A stretch of 62,790 nt of DNA, counting the filler. It is 4 parts of 4 records of this genome, joined end to end, with 100 filler letters (N's around TTAATTAATTAA, not from the genome) between each part and the next. Parts side by side here need not be neighbours in the genome. Positions count along the whole stretch, not along the records: positions 51,722 to 62,790 come from DRR723986_10263; 3 more parts are not named here. One strand, written 5' to 3'. Below the pieces are notes generated by a model that saw nothing but the letters and a program-made list of their open reading frames with translations, made no database searches and was not told the origin of the DNA. Shown in pieces: positions 57,421 to 62,790 of the stretch (the stretch's first letter is position 1; every line of letters starts with the position of its first letter). A program made the position numbers and the translations under genes.

Positions 57421-58227
57421 TCAGACGCCCCGGTGGAAAACCAGCTCGAGAACAAACTTGCTGCCGTAGAAGGCCAGCATCAGCAGTGCGCAGCCTGCCA
57501 GTGTCCAGCGACTGGCGGTGATGCCGCGCCAGCCTTTGGTGTAGCGGCCTACCAACAGTCCGACAAAAACCAGCAGGGACAGCAGGGAAAAAATGGTTTT
57601 GTGGGCCAGATCCTGAGCAAAAAGGTCTTCAATGAAAACAGCGCCAGTGACAATGGCGAGTACCAGCAGCACAACGCCCGCCCAGACCATTTCAAACAAC
57701 AATGACTCCATGGTTTGCAGCGGTGGCAGGTTCCTTACCAGCAAGCTGTTGTAGTTGCGCTTGAGCTGCCGGTTCTGTACGTACAGTAAAACCGCCTGTA
57801 TGGCTGCCAGGGTAAACAGGCTGTATGCCGTGACTGACAGGGCAATGTGAGACAGCATACCGTAGCTTTCTTCGGAGACCAGACGAGACGGTGTGTGGGT
57901 AATCAGCGCCATGACAATGGTCAGTGCTGCAATCGGATAGGCCGCAATGAACAGGCTTTGTACGGGTTTGCTCAGATTTAGTCCCAGAAGCAGAAAGACA
58001 ATGAGCCAGGAGATCAGAACGGAGCTCTTGAAGAAACTGAAGTCGAAGCCGCCGTCCAGGTGTACGGTCTGGGCAATGAGCAGGCCATGGCCGATCAGGG
58101 CAAGCACGCCAATCAGTGTCGTAACCGCCAGGTTGCTGTGGACCTTGCCACGTAAATGGAGGGCCTGAAGCGCGGTTCCAACGCTATAGAGAAAAAGTGC
58201 GGTAACCGCGAGAATCAGCGTTCCCAT
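57421..58227 (-). CDS. Inner membrane cytochrome c assembly-family protein, YpjD-like
   Basis: Multiple TM helices, LPPLQTME, HKT, GWRG, AFYGSKFVLE; divergent from ffh. Confidence 0.88.
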   Translation of the reverse strand: MGTLILAVTALFLYSVGTALQALHLRGKVHSNLAVTTLIGVLALIGHGLLIAQTVHLDGGFDFSFFKSSVLISWLIVFLLLGLNLSKPVQSLFIAAYPIAALTIVMALITHTPSRLVSEESYGMLSHIALSVTAYSLFTLAAIQAVLLYVQNRQLKRNYNSLLVRNLPPLQTMESLLFEMVWAGVVLLVLAIVTGAVFIEDLFAQDLAHKTIFSLLSLLVFVGLLVGRYTKGWRGITASRWTLAGCALLMLAFYGSKFVLELVFHRGV

Positions 58228-58388
58228 GACATCCTTAATCGTGTTGCCTGATGAAGTGAAATCGGCGCGGAGTTGTTCAGAGGCTCCGTAGTCTGGGTAT
58301 AATGTCGCGATTATGCAACAGGAATCAAGCAGGCCGACCTGGCTTCTTGATCTGTGTGAACAAATTCTCCGGGGTACGGAAGAGCAAC

Positions 58389-59774
58389 ATGTTTGAGAAT
58401 CTCCAGGACCGGCTATCCGGTAGCTTGCGCAAGATCTCGGGCCAGGCGCGCCTGACTGACGACAATATCAAGGACACGCTCCGTGAAGTGAGGATGGCCC
58501 TGCTGGAGGCTGATGTCGCCCTGCCGGTGGTCAAGGCCTTTATTGAAGGGGTTCGTGAGCGTGCGATTGGCCAGGAAGTTCAGCGCAGCCTGACCCCGGG
58601 CCAGGTCTTCGTTAAGGTTGTCCAGCAGGAGCTGGAACGAGTCATGGGGGAGGGCAATGAATCCCTGAACCTCGCCACGCGTCCGCCCGCGGTTATTATG
58701 ATGGCGGGCCTCCAGGGTGCGGGTAAAACCACGACGGTGGCCAAGCTGTCCCGTTTCCTGAAAGAGCGTGAGAAAAAGTCCGTGCTGGTGGTCAGTGCCG
58801 ATATTTATCGGCCGGCGGCCATCCGTCAGCTGGAAACGCTTGCCGGTGAGGTGGGCGTTGAGTTCTTCCCCAGCACCACCGAGCAGGACCCGGTGGATAT
58901 TGCCAATGGTGCCATCGAGGCTGCCCGCCGCAAGCACATTGATGTGGTTATCCTGGATACCGCGGGTCGTCTGCACGTGGATGAGCAGATGATGGGTGAA
59001 ATCGGTCGCCTGCATAAGGCGGTGAACCCGGTTGAAACCCTGTTTGTGGTTGATGCCATGACGGGCCAGGACGCGGCCAATACCGCCAAGGCATTTAACG
59101 ATGCGTTACCGCTGACCGGCGTGGTGCTGACCAAGACCGACGGCGATGCCCGTGGCGGCGCGGCGTTGTCCGTGCGTCATATCACCGGCAAGCCCATCAA
59201 GTTCCTGGGTATTGGTGAAAAGTCAGACGCCCTGGAGCCTTTCTATCCGGATCGTGTTGCCTCCCGCATCCTTGGTATGGGGGATGTGCTCTCCCTGATT
59301 GAGGAAGCTGAGCGCAAGCTGGACCGAAAGAAAGCCGAGAAGCTCACCAAGAAGATCAAGAAGGGTAAAGGTTTTGATCTGGAAGACTTCCGCGACCAGC
59401 TCCAGCAAATGAAGAATATGGGCGGTATCGGCGGACTGTTGGACAAGTTGCCGGGCATGGGGCAGATGGCCCAGATGGCACAGGCTCAGGTTAACGACAA
59501 GTCGGTTGGTCAGATGGAAGCCATTATCTGCTCCATGACGCCAAAAGAGCGCCGTTATCCGGATGTCATCAATAACTCTCGCAAGCGTCGGATTGCCGCC
59601 GGTTCTGGTACACAGATCCAGGACGTGAACCGTCTGCTCAAGCAGCACAAGCAGATGCAGAAGATGATGAAAAAGTTTGGCAAGAAGGGCGGGGTGGCTA
59701 ACCTGATGCGCGGTATGGGTGGTATGATGCCGCCCGGCGGCGGTGGTGGCATGCCCCCGTTTGGCCGTATGTAA
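58389..59774 (+). CDS. ffh: Signal recognition particle protein
   Basis: MFENL, GLQGAGKTT, DTAGR, TKTDGDARGG, M domain. Confidence 0.98.
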   Translation: MFENLQDRLSGSLRKISGQARLTDDNIKDTLREVRMALLEADVALPVVKAFIEGVRERAIGQEVQRSLTPGQVFVKVVQQELERVMGEGNESLNLATRPPAVIMMAGLQGAGKTTTVAKLSRFLKEREKKSVLVVSADIYRPAAIRQLETLAGEVGVEFFPSTTEQDPVDIANGAIEAARRKHIDVVILDTAGRLHVDEQMMGEIGRLHKAVNPVETLFVVDAMTGQDAANTAKAFNDALPLTGVVLTKTDGDARGGAALSVRHITGKPIKFLGIGEKSDALEPFYPDRVASRILGMGDVLSLIEEAERKLDRKKAEKLTKKIKKGKGFDLEDFRDQLQQMKNMGGIGGLLDKLPGMGQMAQMAQAQVNDKSVGQMEAIICSMTPKERRYPDVINNSRKRRIAAGSGTQIQDVNRLLKQHKQMQKMMKKFGKKGGVANLMRGMGGMMPPGGGGGMPPFGRM

Positions 59775-59794
59775 AAAGCCTTACATATAAAATG

Positions 59795-59819
59795 GGGAAA
59801 CCGGTGGTTTCCCTGTTTT
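59795..59819 (+). terminator. Intrinsic terminator after ffh
   Basis: GGGAAACC-GGT-GGTTTCCC followed by TGTTTT. Confidence 0.65.
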
Positions 59820-59939
59820 CATTGGCGCTTTTTTCGCATAGAATAGCGCCCCTTTCGAGTATGGGTCTTCCCGTCAGCCGTGAAACGGTGTGTCGGGAAT
59901 CGTACAAAGTTCGTACAACAGAACAGGATATTGGTCGAA

Positions 59940-60179
59940 ATGGTAACAATCCGTTTGGCTCGTGGCGGCTCCAAGAAGCGCCCGTTCTACCATCTGACAG
60001 TCACTGACAGCCGTAACTCCCGTGACGGCCGTTTCATTGAGCGTGTTGGTTTCTTCAACCCGATTGCCCGTGGTCAGGAAGAGCGTCTGCGTGTTAATCG
60101 TGAGCGCGTTGATTTCTGGCTGGGCCAGGGTGCACAGGCCAGTGAGCGTGTTGCTCAGCTGCTGAAGGCTGCTCAGTAA
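59940..60179 (+). CDS. rpsP: 30S ribosomal protein S16
   Basis: [17 protein letters not shown]. Confidence 0.98.
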   Translation: MVTIRLARGGSKKRPFYHLTVTDSRNSRDGRFIERVGFFNPIARGQEERLRVNRERVDFWLGQGAQASERVAQLLKAAQ

Positions 60180-60209
60180 TAGCATTGTTGGTACCGGGGT
60201 TGTAAAGGC

Positions 60210-60737
60210 ATGACGCAGAATTCGCAGGAAACTGTGATCGGCCGGATCACCTCGGTGTTCGGGGTAAAGGGTTGGCTTAAGGTCTTCTCTTACACAGACC
60301 CGAAAGACGGAATACTGAACTACCGTGACTGGACTCTGCTCCTGGACGGCAAGCGTATTCCGATCAGGCTTGAGGAAGGTCGCCGCCAGGGGCAGGGGAT
60401 CGTCGTCAGGCTTAAAGGTATTGATGATCGTGAAGTAGCCCGCACCTATTGCGGAGCGGAGATCCGGGTTCCCACCGAGCAACTGCCGGAACTGCCCGAA
60501 GGGGAGTTCTACTGGCATCAGCTGGAAGGTCTGGATGTCTTCACGGTAGAAGGTGAGTGCCTGGGTAAGGTGCATCACCTTCTGGAGACAGGCTCCAATG
60601 ATGTCCTGGTGGTGCACGCTACGGCGGGCTCTATTGACCAGCGCGAGCGTCTGATTCCCTATCTGCCGGATCAAGTGGTTCAGCAGGTAGATCTCAAAGG
60701 CTCTCGCATGGTGGTTGACTGGGATCCGGAGTTCTGA
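60210..60737 (+). CDS. rimM: Ribosome maturation factor RimM
   Basis: FGVKGWLKV, EFYWHQLEG, TGSNDVL, VDWDPEF. Confidence 0.97.
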   Translation: MTQNSQETVIGRITSVFGVKGWLKVFSYTDPKDGILNYRDWTLLLDGKRIPIRLEEGRRQGQGIVVRLKGIDDREVARTYCGAEIRVPTEQLPELPEGEFYWHQLEGLDVFTVEGECLGKVHHLLETGSNDVLVVHATAGSIDQRERLIPYLPDQVVQQVDLKGSRMVVDWDPEF

Positions 60738-60740
60738 CGG

Positions 60741-61499
60741 GTGTGGATTGGCGCAGTCAGTCTGTTCCCGGATATGTTTTCTGCGGTGACGGATTACGGG
60801 ATTACCGGGAGGGCAGTGCGTGAAGGTCTGTTGACCTTTCAGAGCTGGAATCCTCGGGATTACACCCACGATCGTCATCGCACGGTGGATGACCGGCCTT
60901 ATGGTGGTGGCCCGGGGATGCTGATGAAAATTCAGCCTCTGCGGGACGCAATCCAGGCGGCCAGGGCATCGGCACCCGGCAAGGCCTGTGTGGTCTATCT
61001 TTCGCCGCAGGGTGAAAGGCTGGATCAGTCGGTGGTGGAGTCACTCGCCGCCGAGCAGCAGCTGATTCTCGTTGCCGGTCGTTATGAAGGTGTGGATGAG
61101 CGCCTGATTGCGGCAGAAGTCGACCGGGAGGTATCCCTTGGGGATTTCGTTCTCTCGGGTGGCGAGCTGGCAGCGATGGCTGTAATTGATGCGGTAACAC
61201 GCCTCATCCCCGGAGCGCTGGGTCATGCGCAGTCGGCAGAGCAGGATTCCTTTGCCGACGGATTGCTGGATTGTCCGCACTACACCCGGCCCGAGGTTTA
61301 CGAAGGTCAGGCGGTGCCGGAAGTTCTGTTGGGCGGTCACCATGAACAGATCCGGCGTTGGCGATTGAAAGAATCGTTGAGGCGAACCAGTGAGCGGCGC
61401 CCCGACCTGCTGGAAAAGCGGGAACTTACGGAAGAAGAGCGTCAGTTACTGGAAGAAATTTTGAACGAACCGGGTGCCTCTGAGTCATCAGGGCATTGA
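60741..61499 (+). CDS. trmD: tRNA (guanine-N1)-methyltransferase
   Basis: [29 protein letters not shown]. Confidence 0.98.
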   Translation: MWIGAVSLFPDMFSAVTDYGITGRAVREGLLTFQSWNPRDYTHDRHRTVDDRPYGGGPGMLMKIQPLRDAIQAARASAPGKACVVYLSPQGERLDQSVVESLAAEQQLILVAGRYEGVDERLIAAEVDREVSLGDFVLSGGELAAMAVIDAVTRLIPGALGHAQSAEQDSFADGLLDCPHYTRPEVYEGQAVPEVLLGGHHEQIRRWRLKESLRRTSERRPDLLEKRELTEEERQLLEEILNEPGASESSGH

Positions 61500-61524
61500 A
61501 AGATTGGGTATCAGGAGCATTACG

Positions 61525-61881
61525 ATGAGCGGCAAGAACAACATCATCAGTCAACTTGAAGCAGAACAGATGACCAAGGAAATCCCCGCGTTCGCGCCGG
61601 GCGATACCGTGGTTGTACAGGTTCGCGTAACTGAAGGTAACCGTGAGCGTCTGCAGGCGTTTGAAGGCGTGGTTATCGGCAAGCGTAACCGTGGCATGAA
61701 CTCTTCCTTCACCGTTCGTAAGATCTCTTACGGCGTGGGCGTTGAGCGTACTTTCCAGACCTACTCCAAGCTGATCGACAGCGTCAGTGTGAAGCGTCGT
61801 GGTGACGTGCGTCAGGCCAAGCTTTACTACCTGCGCGATCTGTCTGGTAAGGCAGCTCGTATCAAGGAAAAGCTTAACTGA
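61525..61881 (+). CDS. rplS: 50S ribosomal protein L19
   Basis: PGDTVVV, RLQAFEG, GVERTF, AKLYYLR. Confidence 0.98.
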   Translation: MSGKNNIISQLEAEQMTKEIPAFAPGDTVVVQVRVTEGNRERLQAFEGVVIGKRNRGMNSSFTVRKISYGVGVERTFQTYSKLIDSVSVKRRGDVRQAKLYYLRDLSGKAARIKEKLN

Positions 61882-61904
61882 TTCAGACTCGTCTGTTCAG
61901 TACC

Positions 61905-61934
61905 AAAAAGCAGCCTCAAGGGGCTGCTTTTTTT
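61905..61934 (+). terminator. Intrinsic terminator after rplS
   Basis: AAAAAGCAGCC-TCAAGG-GGCTGCTTTTTTT. Confidence 0.9.
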
Positions 61935-61977
61935 ATGGTTTAATGCCTGCGATGACTCCGGAATCGAAGAGGGTGCT

Positions 61978-62790
61978 GTGCCAAGGCCAGAAGATGAGCA
62001 GTTGATAGAGCGTTTCAGTGACGCGGTCTGGCTTGAGGATGGCCTTGGCGAGCAAACCCGGCAGGCCTATGCCAGTGATCTGTGCCGTTTGTCCGGGTGG
62101 CTGGAGCAGCAAGCTGGGGCGCCAACCCTGCGCAGCGCACGACGCACAGACCTTCTGGCCTGGATGTCACGGGGCTTGTCCGACGGCCTGAAAACCAGCA
62201 CGGCGGCCCGCCGCCTGTCTGGCGTAAGGCGCTTCTATCGTTTTCTGTTGCGTGAAGGCATTATTGCCGAAGACCCAACGTTGCGGATTGACAGCCCTAG
62301 GTTGCCCCGGCGCTTGCCGGATACCCTGACCGAGGCCGACGTGGAGTCGCTGCTGACTGAGCCGGACCCGGAGCTGCCGGTAGAATTGCGGGATCGGGCC
62401 ATGCTGGAGATTCTCTATGGCTGCGGACTTCGGGTTTCCGAGTTGACGGGGCTGACGGTGGACCAGGTCAACCTGAGGCAGGGCGTGGTTCGCATTCAGG
62501 GCAAGGGCGGCAAGGAGCGTTTGGTGCCGCTGGGTGAGGAAGCTGTGGACTGGTTATTACAGTATATGCGGCAGGCCCGGGGCGAGCTGCTGCGAGGCAA
62601 AACCAGTGATGCCCTGTTTCCGGGTAATCGTGGCACCGCCATGACCCGGCAGGCCTTCTGGTATCGAATCCGGCATTATGCGATTCGCTGCGGAATCACC
62701 AAGCACCTTTCTCCTCATACGCTCAGGCATGCATTTGCCACCCATTTGCTCAATCACGGGGCGGATCTTCGGGTGGTGCAGATGCTGTTG
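61978..62790 (+). CDS. xerD: Tyrosine recombinase XerD, runs off the window end (missing from the ORF track)
   Basis: Own translation from GTG: RDRAMLEILYGCGLRVSEL, GKGGKERLVP, SPHTLRHAFATHLLNHGADLRVVQMLL; downstream of rplS. Confidence 0.95.
   Translation, partial: MPRPEDEQLIERFSDAVWLEDGLGEQTRQAYASDLCRLSGWLEQQAGAPTLRSARRTDLLAWMSRGLSDGLKTSTAARRLSGVRRFYRFLLREGIIAEDPTLRIDSPRLPRRLPDTLTEADVESLLTEPDPELPVELRDRAMLEILYGCGLRVSELTGLTVDQVNLRQGVVRIQGKGGKERLVPLGEEAVDWLLQYMRQARGELLRGKTSDALFPGNRGTAMTRQAFWYRIRHYAIRCGITKHLSPHTLRHAFATHLLNHGADLRVVQMLL

Noticed and set aside
61978..62790. Integrase marking a mobile element
   Set aside because: Sequence and position after rplS fit chromosomal XerD.
51722..62790. 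Novel system in contig D
   Set aside because: Ordinary conserved gammaproteobacterial core-gene order.

Overview
The window is not one locus. It joins four contigs with identical 100-nt linkers (N-run + TTAATTAATTAA + N-run) at 14225-14324, 32893-32992 and 51622-51721, so nothing should be inferred across linkers. Contig A (1-14224) and contig B (14325-32892) look Bacteroidota-superphylum-like, possibly Kapabacteria/Ignavibacteria-like (TAnnTTTG promoter motifs, beta-propeller kinase + LytTR pair, PafA, alpha-2-macroglobulin). A carries three tandem secreted Cys-containing YD-repeat paralogs, several small accessory genes, an orphan secreted protein behind a triple 21-bp-period LytTR-type operator, a two-component pair and a TPR histidine kinase. 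B carries PafA-type phosphatase, alpha-2-macroglobulin, hypotheticals including a 519-aa helical orphan behind a 1-kb intergenic region, dcd, rodA, purC and a truncated OmpA protein with a 9-aa repeat. Contig C (32993-51621) is Rhodobacteraceae-like: gamma-glutamylation polyamine genes, twin lipoprotein cytochromes c, an ECF sigma/vWA pair, a stand-alone hpsN, rpoE-chrR back-to-back with the furan-fatty-acid operon, corA, AraC and REP/palindromic repeats. Contig D (51722-62790) is Marinobacter-like core genome (argF, grxD, ffh, rpsP-rimM-trmD-rplS, xerD). I found no rRNA, tRNA, CRISPR array or transposase. The best candidates for an undescribed system are the YD-repeat paralog array and the LytTR-regulated orphan in contig A, and the 519-aa orphan locus in contig B. 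All of these are hypotheses that need homology and structure searches.
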